From: an uncultured Peptococcaceae bacterium
GTDB taxonomy: Bacteria; Bacillota; Peptococcia; DRI-13; UBA5745
Length of the DNA: 53,150 nt
Reading direction: 5' to 3'
NCBI GenBank assembly: GCA_937873525.1
Contig: CALMWJ010000134.1
Span: forward strand, 1-53,150
Shown here piece by piece: positions 40,792 through 51,377 of the stretch. Within the stretch, counting starts at the first letter, position 1. Every line of letters starts with the position of its first letter. The notes below the pieces were generated by a model that ran no database searches, was not told the DNA's origin, and saw only the letters and a program-made list of their open reading frames with translations. The translations under genes were made by a program, and so were the position numbers.

Positions 40792-42408
40792 ATGAAGATC
40801 GTCAGCGGAGCGGACATGAAACAAATGGACCGCTGGGCCATGGAGACCAGGCATATTCCGGAACTGTTGCTGATGGAAAACGCAGGCCGTGCGGTCGCTT
40901 CCCATGCGTGGCAAAATCTGTCCCGCCGCCGGAACCAAGCGGTGGTCCTGGCGGGCAAGGGCAACAACGGCGGCGACGCGCTGGCGGCTGCGCGCCATCT
41001 TCACCAGTGGGGTGCGGACGTCCGGCTGTTTTTACTGAACGATCCCCATGAGTTTTCCGCGGCGGCAAAAGAGAACTGGGGGTTTATCGAGGGTGCGGGG
41101 ATCCGCTGGTATGTGCTGCGGGACAGCAACAGCTTCTATCCCCTGAAGCTCTGCCTTGAGACAGCGGCTGTTGCCATTGACGGTATCCTGGGCATCGGGT
41201 TTAAGGGCCAGCTGGCCGGTAACTATCTTCAGGCGGTACAAACCTTGAATCAGGGCAGCGCACCGGTCCTGTCCATCGACATTCCTTCAGGAATCGACGC
41301 CGATACCGGGCAGAAGGCCAACGAAGCCGTCCGTGCCAAAAAAACAGTCACCCTGGCCTACGGAAAGCAAGGCCTGTTCATTTATCCCGGCCGCGCGTAT
41401 GCCGGCGAAGTTTTTGTTGAAGACATCTCACTGCCCCATGAAGCCATTGAATTGGTGGAATGCCCCGCCGAATGGGTGGACTCGGCCTATGCCTGGAGCC
41501 TGTTGCCCAAGGCGCCTTCCGACAGCCACAAGGGGTCCTTCGGCCATGTCCTTTCCGTGGCGGGGTCCCGGGGAATGATGGGGGCTGCCCTTCTGGCGGC
41601 GCGGGCTGTCATGCGCGGCGGCGCCGGGCTGGTGACCAGCGGCGTTCCGGATCAGCTGGCGGATGGCTTTAACCTGGCCTTCCCCGAGGGACTCACGATC
41701 CCGCTGCCATCCACCCCGGAGGAAGGATTGGCGCTGGAGGCGGCGGATGTGATCCTATCCGCGCTGGACAAGAAGCAGGCGCTGCTGATGGGGCCCGGCT
41801 TGAAACCCCACGAAAACCTGCCGCTGATCCTGGAGCAGGTGCTCAGCAGCACGGAAGTGCCGGCTGTTTTGGACGCAGGGGCGCTGTGGGCTTTGAAACA
41901 GAATCCTGACATGGTCCGGCGGGCTAAAGGCGCCTGTATTCTGACGCCTCATCCCGGGGAACTGGGCAGCCTTTTGGGCGTCACCTCCGCGGCCATTCAA
42001 AAAGACCGCTGCGGGGCGGTGCGGCAGGCGGCCAAAGCCTTCAACAGCATTGTGATCCTGAAGGGGGCCTCCAGCCTGGTGGCAGACCCGGATGGGAAAC
42101 TATGGATCAACGCCACGGGCAATACCGCTCTGGCAACGGCAGGAAGCGGAGATGTCCTGGCCGGCGCAGTGGCCGCCTGGCTGGCCCAGGGGCTGGATCC
42201 CCTGTCTGCCGCCATACTGGCGGTGTATCTGCACGGAGCGGCAGGCGACGCGCTGCAGCATCGATATGGCGACCGGGGCGGATTGTCCGGCGAGACAGCG
42301 GAGCTGCTGCCGGAAGCTCGAAAAAAACTGATCCATGAAAACGAATCGAAAAAGGCGGCAGGAAAATGGCAAATTTCGCAATTACCAATGCAACGATTTA
42401 TCCGGTAA
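40792..42408 (+). CDS. nnr: Bifunctional NAD(P)H-hydrate repair enzyme (epimerase / ADP-dependent dehydratase)
   Basis: YjeF_N (GKGNNGGDALAAAR) plus a C-terminal kinase-like domain (GSGDVLAG). Confidence 0.88.
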   Translation: MKIVSGADMKQMDRWAMETRHIPELLLMENAGRAVASHAWQNLSRRRNQAVVLAGKGNNGGDALAAARHLHQWGADVRLFLLNDPHEFSAAAKENWGFIEGAGIRWYVLRDSNSFYPLKLCLETAAVAIDGILGIGFKGQLAGNYLQAVQTLNQGSAPVLSIDIPSGIDADTGQKANEAVRAKKTVTLAYGKQGLFIYPGRAYAGEVFVEDISLPHEAIELVECPAEWVDSAYAWSLLPKAPSDSHKGSFGHVLSVAGSRGMMGAALLAARAVMRGGAGLVTSGVPDQLADGFNLAFPEGLTIPLPSTPEEGLALEAADVILSALDKKQALLMGPGLKPHENLPLILEQVLSSTEVPAVLDAGALWALKQNPDMVRRAKGACILTPHPGELGSLLGVTSAAIQKDRCGAVRQAAKAFNSIVILKGASSLVADPDGKLWINATGNTALATAGSGDVLAGAVAAWLAQGLDPLSAAILAVYLHGAAGDALQHRYGDRGGLSGETAELLPEARKKLIHENESKKAAGKWQISQLPMQRFIR

Positions 42409-43526
42409 CCTCAGAGCCCATTGAAAAGGGAACGCTTTTATGGCAGGATGATAAAATCACGGCCTTGGGCATCGGGATCGAGATCCCGGAGGATGCCCAA
42501 CGGATCGACGGCACCGGATGGGTGATCACCCCCGGGTTTGTGGATGCCCATACCCATGTGGGCATCCAGGAAGAAATTTATCAGGAAGGCGATGACCTGA
42601 ACGAAATCGCCGAATCCGCCGTGACCCCCGAAATGAGGGCCATCGACGGGATCAATCCCTATGACCTGGCTTTCATGGACGCTCTCAGCGGCGGTGTGAC
42701 CACGGTGATGATCGCGCCGGGCAGCGCCAATGTGATCGGCGGCTCCATCAGCATTTTGAAAACTGCCGGGACAGAGCTGGATCAGATGGTGATCGATCCG
42801 GAAGCCGGCGTCAAGGCGGCCTTTGGCGAAAACCCGAAACGGGTCTATTCCGAACTGAAGAAACTGCCCAGCACCCGCATGGGCATTGCGGCCTTGCTCC
42901 GGCAGGCTCTGACTGAAGCTCAGGATTATGAGATGAAGAAACGGAAGGACGAAACGGACGGCGAGGTGGTCGAACGGGATTTGGGCCTGGAGCTGCTGGT
43001 GCGCCTGCTGAACCGGGAAATTCCGCTGAGGGCCCATGCCCATCGGGCCGATGATCTTCACACGGCCATCCGGATCGCCAAAGAGTTTAACCTCGATTTA
43101 GTCCTGGAGCACGGCACGGAGGCAGGGAAAATGATTCCCATCCTGCTCAGGGAGAACATCCCGGTGGTGGTGGGACCCAGCTTTGCCAACCGGGCCAAGG
43201 TGGAAATGAAAGATATTGGCTGGAAGACCGCGGTGGACCTGGCTGAGGCCGGAGTCACGGTGGCGCTGATCACCGACCATGGCTGTACACCGATCCAATA
43301 CCTGTCTCTCTGCGCCGCCATGACCGTCCGCTACGGAATGACCTGGCACAAAGCCCTGGAGACCATCACCATCAATCCGGCCAGGATCATGAAGCTGGAT
43401 CATAGGCTGGGCTCCCTGGAGCCGGGCAAGGACGCGGATTTCGCCGTTTTTGACGGTGATCCGTTCCATTACAGGACCCGGACCCGGCGAACCTACGTCA
43501 ATGGCCAGCTGGTCTGGGAAGGTTAG
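42366..43526 (+). CDS. Metal-dependent amidohydrolase (imidazolonepropionase-like family)
   Basis: GFVDAHTHVG HxH motif and C-terminal GKDADFAVF. Overlaps the nnr 3' end by 43 nt. Confidence 0.75.
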   Translation: MANFAITNATIYPVTSEPIEKGTLLWQDDKITALGIGIEIPEDAQRIDGTGWVITPGFVDAHTHVGIQEEIYQEGDDLNEIAESAVTPEMRAIDGINPYDLAFMDALSGGVTTVMIAPGSANVIGGSISILKTAGTELDQMVIDPEAGVKAAFGENPKRVYSELKKLPSTRMGIAALLRQALTEAQDYEMKKRKDETDGEVVERDLGLELLVRLLNREIPLRAHAHRADDLHTAIRIAKEFNLDLVLEHGTEAGKMIPILLRENIPVVVGPSFANRAKVEMKDIGWKTAVDLAEAGVTVALITDHGCTPIQYLSLCAAMTVRYGMTWHKALETITINPARIMKLDHRLGSLEPGKDADFAVFDGDPFHYRTRTRRTYVNGQLVWEG

Positions 43527-43535
43527 GAGAGGCGC

Positions 43536-44039
43536 ATGATCGAGGAGCTTGTCTATGTGACCCATTCCCCTGAAGAGACCATGGCCTTGGGGAGAGCCCT
43601 GGGCTGCCTGCTGCAGGGCGGGGAGCTGCTGGCTTTGGAGGGGGACCTGGGCGCAGGAAAGACCCATTTCATCAAAGGATTGGCGGAAGGCCTGGAGGTG
43701 ACCGAAACGGTGACCAGTCCCACCTTTGGCCTGATCCATGAATACAGAGGGCGTGTGCCCTTGGCCCATTTTGATGTATACCGGCTGGATTCTCCGGCTG
43801 AGCTGGAGAACCTGGGATATGAAGAGTACTTCTTCGGCGCCGGCGTCACCGCGGTGGAATGGAGTGACCAGATCCGGGATTATTTGCCGGAGGAATGCCT
43901 GAAAATATGTTTTACGGTGCTGGGCAGCCAGGAAAGACAGATCCGGTTCACGGCAGCAGGGGCAGCCTTCCGCGACCTGCTGGCTGAGCTGGAAAAGGCT
44001 TTCGGCGCGTTGCCCGTCAGCCAAAGGGAACATCCATAA
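43536..44039 (+). CDS. tsaE: tRNA t6A37 biosynthesis ATPase TsaE
   Basis: GDLGAGKTHFIKG P-loop and SPTFGLIHEY motif. Confidence 0.9.
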   Translation: MIEELVYVTHSPEETMALGRALGCLLQGGELLALEGDLGAGKTHFIKGLAEGLEVTETVTSPTFGLIHEYRGRVPLAHFDVYRLDSPAELENLGYEEYFFGAGVTAVEWSDQIRDYLPEECLKICFTVLGSQERQIRFTAAGAAFRDLLAELEKAFGALPVSQREHP

Positions 44040-44062
44040 ATCAATCAAAGGAGCCGGAAGCC

Positions 44063-44749
44063 ATGCTGATTTTAGGAATCGAGAGTGCGACCCCAGTGGC
44101 TTCGGTGGCTTTAGCCGATGAACGGGGCCTCGTTGGAGAAATCACTTTGAATATCGGACTGACCCATTCCGAGCAGCTGCTGCCCATGCTGGACCAGCTG
44201 CTGCAGCAAACTCGCTGCGGACTGGAGGATGTGGCTGCCATCGGGATTTCCTGCGGCCCGGGTTCATTTACCGGTCTGAGGATCGGAATGGCCACCGCGA
44301 AGGGCCTGGCTCAGAGCCGGGGCATTCCTGTCCTGGGAATCCCGACCCTGGAAGCCATGGCCTGGCAGCAAAGCGGGACGGCCGGCTTGGTCTCCGCCAT
44401 GCAGAATGCCCGCCGGAATCAAATCTACGGCGCCCTTTACCGCTGGAAAGACGGAGGCGAGGGCCTTTATCCGGTTTTGGAAGCGATGATCCCCGCGGAG
44501 GCGGCCTCGCCGGAGGACTGGGCGCGGCGCCTTGACCGGCTGAATGAGCCGGTGGCCCTCATGGGCGACGGGGCCATCGTCTACGAGGCCACGTGGCGAC
44601 AGCATCTGGGAAATCGGGCGCAGATCCTGCCACCCTACCTGGGGATCGCCCGGGGAAGCTTTGTGGCCCTTGCGGCCCGTGCGCGCTTCCAGGCGGGCCA
44701 ACGCCAGGATTTTTACCAAATCAAACCGCTGTATATACGGGGGATCTGA
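44063..44749 (+). CDS. tsaB: tRNA t6A37 biosynthesis protein TsaB
   Basis: MLILGIESAT...GPGSFTGLRIG. Confidence 0.9.
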   Translation: MLILGIESATPVASVALADERGLVGEITLNIGLTHSEQLLPMLDQLLQQTRCGLEDVAAIGISCGPGSFTGLRIGMATAKGLAQSRGIPVLGIPTLEAMAWQQSGTAGLVSAMQNARRNQIYGALYRWKDGGEGLYPVLEAMIPAEAASPEDWARRLDRLNEPVALMGDGAIVYEATWRQHLGNRAQILPPYLGIARGSFVALAARARFQAGQRQDFYQIKPLYIRGI

Positions 44750-44750
44750 G

Positions 44751-45242
44751 ATGACCAAATATATGATCCGGCCGATGATCGATTCCGACATCCCCCAGAT
44801 GGCGGAAATCGAAAAAATGGTCTTTCCGACGCCATGGACCGAGCATGCCTTTCGCAGCGAGCTGTCCGACAACGCCTTGGCGGTTTATCTCATCCTCGCC
44901 CCCGAGGAGGAGCCGGACCAAGTGATCGGCTATGGCGGGATGTGGCAGATCTTTGATGAAGCCCATATTACCAATGTGGCCATCCATCCGGACCACCAAG
45001 GCAAGAAATTGGGCCGGCTGCTGCTCCACGCCATGATCCAGTGGGCTTGGTCCAACCGGATGAGCCACATGACCCTGGAAGTCCGGCCCACCAACAAGCA
45101 GGCCATCGCCCTCTATGAAAAGGCAGGCTTCCGAAGTGTGGGGCGAAGGCCGGGATATTACGAAGACAACGGCGAAGATGCGATCATCATGTGGCTGCAT
45201 CGAAAGAAAGACGAGGAAGAACAGGATGACCGAAAACTTTAA
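44751..45242 (+). CDS. rimI: Ribosomal-protein-alanine N-acetyltransferase (GNAT)
   Basis: The internal ATG at 44751 starts 2 nt after the tsaB stop. GNAT motif [14 protein letters not shown]. Confidence 0.85.
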   Translation: MTKYMIRPMIDSDIPQMAEIEKMVFPTPWTEHAFRSELSDNALAVYLILAPEEEPDQVIGYGGMWQIFDEAHITNVAIHPDHQGKKLGRLLLHAMIQWAWSNRMSHMTLEVRPTNKQAIALYEKAGFRSVGRRPGYYEDNGEDAIIMWLHRKKDEEEQDDRKL

Positions 45243-46251
45243 ATGGGTGATGGGAATCGAAAGCAGCTGTGATGAAACGGCTGTGGCGATCCTCAAGGAC
45301 GGGACTACCCTGGCAGCCAATCTGGTGTCGTCCCAGATCCCGATCCACAAAATATATGGCGGGGTGGTTCCGGAAATCGCCTCCCGCCAGCATATGGAGA
45401 CCATCAATCTTCTGATCGACGAAGCCGCCCGGGAAGCAGGGATCACATTGCAGGATCTCGACGGGATCGTCGTGGCCAAAGGACCGGGATTGGTGGGCGC
45501 CTTGCTGGTCGGGGTCAGTACGGCGAAAGCCTTGGCCTATGGCCTCGGGATTCCGCTGCTGGGGATCAATCATATGGAGGGCCATATCTATGCCAACTGG
45601 CTTGCCCATGGGCCTATTGAGTTCCCTGCCCTGGGGCTGATCGTCTCCGGCGGACACACGGCGCTGATGCTGCTGGAAGACTACGGCTGCTACCGTCTTT
45701 TGGGGCAGACCCGGGATGACGCGGCAGGGGAGGCTTTTGACAAAGTGGCCCGGGCGATGAAATTAGGGTATCCGGGCGGGCCGGTCATTGAACAGCTGGC
45801 TGCCCAGGGTGATCCGAAGGCCTTTGATCTGCCCAGAGCCTGGCTCAAGGATCATCCTTGGGAATTCAGCTTCAGCGGCCTGAAGACGGCGGTTCTGAAT
45901 TTGATCAATCAGGCCGCCATGCGGGGCGAGACCATTGACTCCAAGGATATGGCGGCATCCTTCCAAAGCTGTGTGGTGGAGGTGCTGACGGAAAAGACCA
46001 TGGCCGCGGCCGAAGCCTTCAAGGTCACCCGTATCCTGATGGCCGGCGGGGTATCGGCCAATAAAGGACTTCAGGAGTCTCTGGGCCGCCGCTGCCGGGA
46101 GGCAGGGTACACGCTGTATTATCCGTCTCCAGCCTTATGCACCGACAATGCCGCTATGATCGCAGCGGCAGGATATCATCGTTTGAGACAGGGACACCGT
46201 TCCGGATGGGACTTGAATGCCCATCCTTCCCTTGGACTGGAGGAAATGTAA
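45226..46251 (+). CDS. tsaD: tRNA N6-adenosine threonylcarbamoyltransferase TsaD (Gcp/Kae1 family)
   Basis: [13 protein letters not shown] and HMEGH motifs. ATG 45226 overlaps the rimI end. Confidence 0.92.
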   Translation: MTENFKWVMGIESSCDETAVAILKDGTTLAANLVSSQIPIHKIYGGVVPEIASRQHMETINLLIDEAAREAGITLQDLDGIVVAKGPGLVGALLVGVSTAKALAYGLGIPLLGINHMEGHIYANWLAHGPIEFPALGLIVSGGHTALMLLEDYGCYRLLGQTRDDAAGEAFDKVARAMKLGYPGGPVIEQLAAQGDPKAFDLPRAWLKDHPWEFSFSGLKTAVLNLINQAAMRGETIDSKDMAASFQSCVVEVLTEKTMAAAEAFKVTRILMAGGVSANKGLQESLGRRCREAGYTLYYPSPALCTDNAAMIAAAGYHRLRQGHRSGWDLNAHPSLGLEEM

Positions 46252-46381
46252 ACGACGTGTGTTTTTTTAAAAATACAAAGTGCAAACGAATTGCCTGGAA
46301 AACCATGGAACAAACGGAAGATTCCGGATGCGGGTTTTGCAGTTGGCCTGCATAATAGAACGAATTTGCATACAGGTATTC

Positions 46382-46454
46382 TGTGGATAAGGCAATTAAT
46401 ATCCACAAGAATAGGCATTTTATATGTGGATAACCTTGTGGATAGTGTGGATAG
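46382..46454. promoter_or_regulatory. Cluster of five DnaA boxes
   Basis: TGTGGATAA at 46382-46390 and 46425-46433 (perfect complement of TTATCCACA). ATATCCACA at 46399-46407. Abutting TGTGGATAG at 46437-46445 and 46446-46454 (one mismatch each). Confidence 0.8.
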
Positions 46455-46487
46455 GGGCATGCAAATTCTGTATATTGAGGTTCTGTC

Positions 46488-46516
46488 TTGCATTTTCAAG
46501 GAAAAAAGGCTACAAT
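46488..46516 (+). promoter_or_regulatory. Promoter of the uncharacterised 146-aa / flavoprotein operon
   Basis: TTGCAT, 17 nt, TACAAT, starting 34 nt downstream of the last DnaA box. Confidence 0.55.
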
Positions 46517-46618
46517 AATTTTGCATGCGAAATCCGACAGAGGGGTTTCGCGAAAAAACAAGGGTTCCATATCATCAGACCTACTCATCATTGATGAGGG
46601 GAAAAGGGGGAGAAGGAC

Positions 46619-47059
46619 ATGGCAGTGGTTGATCCTTACAAATCCGGTATGTTCAAAAAAGATCCATATTTCAAAAAGAAGGATTGCGAAGGCGAATTGT
46701 GTGTCGTTCTGGACGGCAAATTCGAAGGCAGAAAGCTTCAGCTGATGGTGCCCCGCTCCAGAGCATTCCTTGTGGGAGATATCCATGAACTGATCGCGAC
46801 CGATGAACAGGAAGCTGCGCCCGGCGCAGAGGTCAACCGCATCGCTTACTGGGGATTCTTCGAAGTCGATAAAGCCACGGTGGTTGCCGTCGATGATGAG
46901 ATCACCATCGGTGACAAAGCGGTGGGCCGTATTGCTGGATTCGATGAAACTCATATGCCGAACCATCTGAATGTTGTCATTAAAGTGGAGGAGAGAGTTC
47001 CCGGCGCAGAATTGGGCCTGGAGCTTGGTGACAAAGTTCGCATCGTCAAAAAGGCTTAA
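46619..47059 (+). CDS. Uncharacterised 146-aa soluble protein
   Basis: GGGGGAGAAGG RBS and coding-like composition. I do not recognise a family. The C-terminal half (IGDKAVGRIAGFDETHMPNHLNVVI...GDKVRIV) only faintly recalls PTS EIIA-Gut-type beta-barrels. Confidence 0.7.
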   Translation: MAVVDPYKSGMFKKDPYFKKKDCEGELCVVLDGKFEGRKLQLMVPRSRAFLVGDIHELIATDEQEAAPGAEVNRIAYWGFFEVDKATVVAVDDEITIGDKAVGRIAGFDETHMPNHLNVVIKVEERVPGAELGLELGDKVRIVKKA

Positions 47060-47111
47060 AGGGTTTCTATTGAATACATATTTTTTTATTTTTGAAAGGA
47101 CGGGGTAGGTT

Positions 47112-48392
47112 ATGGTTAAAGTTGTTGTTGTTGGTGGAGGTTGGGCCGGTACCGGCGCTGCGATTTCTGCAGCGAAAGCCGGCGCTAAGGTTACTTTGCT
47201 GGAGAGAACCGACATGCTTCTGGGCACCGGTCTGGTTGGCGGCATCATGCGGAACAATGGCCGTATGGTTGCAACCGAAGAATCGATTGCCATGGGAGCG
47301 CCTGAATTGTTTGACGCTTGCGATGAAACCGCTCGTCACAAAGACTTCGAATTCCCCGGTCACAAACATGCCACCTTATACGATGTGGCGAAGATTGAAC
47401 CCGCTGTCCGCAGAAAACTGGAAGCTGCCGGTGTGGAATACCTCTGTGAAGCTCGCTTCAGCGATGTGGTCATGGATGGCAAAAAAATCGTTGCCGTGAA
47501 AGTTGAAGACGGCAGAACCTTCGAAGCCGACGTTTTCGTTGACGCAACCGGTACGGCTGGTCCCCAGGGCAACTGCGCCAAGTACGGCAATGGCTGCGCC
47601 ATGTGCGTCCTGCGCTGCCCCTCTTACGGACCCCGCGTCAGCTTGGCCGGCAAAGCCGGTGCTGCTGAATTCATGGGCAAGAAAGGCGACGGTTCCTTCG
47701 GCGCCATGTCCGGCTCCTGCAAACTGCACAAAGATTCCCTGGCTGAAGATATTCAGAAAGAACTGAACGAAAAAGGCGTTGCTGTGATCCCCATCCCTGT
47801 GGAACTGCGCAAATCCGGCGTCCTGGCCAAGAAAGCCTGCCAGCAGTACGCCCTGCCTGAATTCGAAGAAAACATCATTCTTCTGGATACCGGCCATGCC
47901 AAATTGATGACCCCCTACTACAAACTGGATCAGCTCCGTCAGGTTCCCGGCTTCGAAAACGCTCGTTTCGAAGATCCCTATGCCGGCGGCAAAGGCAACT
48001 CCATGCGTTACATGGCAGTGTCCTACAGAGACAACTTCCTCAAAGTTGAGGGCGTTGACAACCTGTTCTGCGGCGGCGAAAAAGCCGGCCTGCTGGTTGG
48101 ACACACCGAAGCCATCGTCACCGGCACCCTGGCTGGCCGCAATGCCGTCGCCTTCGCAGCCGGAAAAGAACTGCTGGAACTGCCCACCGAACTGGCCATC
48201 GGCGATGCCATCGACTATGTCGGCAAGCAGATGAGAACCGAAGAAGGCATCAAATTCAAATACACCTTCTCCGGCTCCGTTTACTTCAAACGGATGCAGG
48301 AACTGGGCATGTACACCGCTGACAAAGCCGCTATCCATGCAAAGGTTGAAAAACTGGGCATGACCGGCGTCTACGCTCAGAAACTCTGCTAA
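47112..48392 (+). CDS. GidA/TrmFO-like FAD-dependent protein with an inserted 4-Cys (putative Fe-S) motif
   Basis: N-terminal VVVVGGGWAGTGAA dinucleotide fold. C-terminal LFCGGEKAGLLVGHTEAIVTGTLAGRNA resembles the MnmG/TrmFO signature. C155-x6-C162-x2-C165-x3-C169-P lies at nt 47574..47621. Confidence 0.75.
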   Translation: MVKVVVVGGGWAGTGAAISAAKAGAKVTLLERTDMLLGTGLVGGIMRNNGRMVATEESIAMGAPELFDACDETARHKDFEFPGHKHATLYDVAKIEPAVRRKLEAAGVEYLCEARFSDVVMDGKKIVAVKVEDGRTFEADVFVDATGTAGPQGNCAKYGNGCAMCVLRCPSYGPRVSLAGKAGAAEFMGKKGDGSFGAMSGSCKLHKDSLAEDIQKELNEKGVAVIPIPVELRKSGVLAKKACQQYALPEFEENIILLDTGHAKLMTPYYKLDQLRQVPGFENARFEDPYAGGKGNSMRYMAVSYRDNFLKVEGVDNLFCGGEKAGLLVGHTEAIVTGTLAGRNAVAFAAGKELLELPTELAIGDAIDYVGKQMRTEEGIKFKYTFSGSVYFKRMQELGMYTADKAAIHAKVEKLGMTGVYAQKLC

Positions 48393-48519
48393 ATCCGAAG
48401 GACGGCAATTACCTTAAGATGTTAATATGAATTCACGCTGCCGGCTGATCCTTGTGGTCAGCCGGCAACATGATGAAAATTAACCATATCATATTTTTAA
48501 AGGCGAAAGGATGATTTAC

Positions 48520-48984
48520 ATGTCTCAGATCGAAAAGAAACTCGAAGAAATGGGCCTCAAACTCCCCGCAGTCGCAAAACCGGTTGCAGCTTATGTTCCC
48601 GGCGTCAAAGACGGCAACACCATCTACACTTCCGGTCAAGTGCCCTTCGTTGACGGCGCATTGAAATATGCCGGCCATGTCGGCGCTGAATGCACTCCCG
48701 AAGATGCTTATGAAGCTGCTAAAATCTGCTGTCTGAACTGTCTGGCCATCGTGAAAGACCTGGCTGGCGACCTGGACAACGTGGAACAGATCGTTAAAGT
48801 CGTTGGTTTCGTCAGCAGCGCTGCCGGCTTCAACGGCCAGCCCAAAGTCATCAATGGCGCTTCCGAACTGCTGGGCCAGCTGTTCGGCGACAAAGGCGTT
48901 CATGCCAGAAGCGCAGTGGGCGTCAACGAACTGCCCTTGAACGTTCCTTGCGAAGTTGAGATGATCGTCAAGATCAAAGCCTAA
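48520..48984 (+). CDS. RidA/YjgF/UK114-family protein
   Basis: GNTIYTSGQVP...ARSAVGVNELPLNVPCEVEMIV. ATG 48520 is preferred over 48511 on RBS spacing. Confidence 0.85.
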   Translation: MSQIEKKLEEMGLKLPAVAKPVAAYVPGVKDGNTIYTSGQVPFVDGALKYAGHVGAECTPEDAYEAAKICCLNCLAIVKDLAGDLDNVEQIVKVVGFVSSAAGFNGQPKVINGASELLGQLFGDKGVHARSAVGVNELPLNVPCEVEMIVKIKA

Positions 48985-49012
48985 TCATCCTGAATAGATC
49001 TGGAACAGAAGG

Positions 49013-49042
49013 CCGGAGAGACTTTGTTCTCTCCGGTTTTTT
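49013..49042 (+). terminator. Intrinsic terminator after the RidA gene
   Basis: Stem CCGGAGAGA / TCTCTCCGG with a 6-nt loop, followed by TTTTTT. Confidence 0.85.
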
Positions 49043-49168
49043 GCAGCTTTGGCAAGCTTTTTGCCGTGCAAGAGACCCTCGAATTTCACCAAATGGAGAA
49101 AAAAGATGAAAGACAAAGGGAAAAGAAGCTATAAAGAGATATATTTGAAAAACAGCTGATTACGGCCA

Positions 49169-49197
49169 TTGATTTACGCTCCCTCATTGACTATGAT
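49169..49197 (+). promoter_or_regulatory. Sigma-A promoter of groES-groEL
   Basis: TTGATT, 17 nt, TATGAT, immediately upstream of CIRCE. Confidence 0.65.
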
Positions 49198-49208
49198 AAA
49201 AGAGCAGT

Positions 49209-49235
49209 TTAGCACTCGACGGCATCGAGTGCTAA
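49209..49235. promoter_or_regulatory. CIRCE operator (HrcA binding site)
   Basis: TTAGCACTC-N9-GAGTGCTAA, an exact match to the CIRCE consensus. Confidence 0.95.
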
Positions 49236-49277
49236 TAAAACCTTAAAAAAGGATATTTTGAAGGAGGTCCATATCAT

Positions 49278-49562
49278 ATGAACATCAAACCCCTTGGCGA
49301 AAGACTTTTGGTAAAACCGATCGTTGCCGAACAGAAAACAGCTGGCGGCATTGTTCTGCCTGACACTGCCAAAGAAAAACCCCAGCAGGGCGAAGTCCTG
49401 GCGGTGGGCAGCGGCAAGATGCTGGACAACGGAACCCGCATCCCCATGGAAGTCAAAGTCGGCGATAAAGTCCTCTATTCCAAATATGCCGGTACTGAAA
49501 TCAAAATCGACGACCAGGAACTGCTCATCCTGATGGAACGGGACGTCCACGCGATCCTGTAA
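49278..49562 (+). CDS. groES: Co-chaperonin GroES
   Basis: [14 protein letters not shown]...[12 protein letters not shown]. Confidence 0.97.
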   Translation: MNIKPLGERLLVKPIVAEQKTAGGIVLPDTAKEKPQQGEVLAVGSGKMLDNGTRIPMEVKVGDKVLYSKYAGTEIKIDDQELLILMERDVHAIL

Positions 49563-49622
49563 GTTCTGAGCAGATCCCCGGGCGAAACCCAAAGACTAAG
49601 AAATGATTGGAAGGAATGATAG

Positions 49623-51260
<1,638 letters not shown>

Positions 51261-51274
51261 TCCAAAGATAAAGC

Positions 51275-51312
51275 GAAGCCGCCCGTCAGGACCATTCCTG
51301 ACGGGCGGCTTC
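51275..51312. terminator. Strong hairpin terminator after groEL (possibly bidirectional)
   Basis: Perfect 16-bp stem GAAGCCGCCCGTCAGG / CCTGACGGGCGGCTTC with a 6-nt loop. The flanking T-tracts are weak on both sides. Confidence 0.7.
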
Positions 51313-51377
51313 TGCATATTCGTTGTTTTCTTAAAGGTATGCCGCTATTATGGATTAGTACAACGTCTGTCTTCAGA

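Noticed and set aside
46382-46454. The DnaA-box cluster could be the replication origin (oriC).
   Set aside because: There is no dnaA, dnaN or rpmH nearby and no obvious AT-rich 13-mer/27-mer unwinding element next to the boxes. The flanks are tsaD and an ordinary promoter. It is better explained as a secondary DnaA-box cluster or regulatory site.
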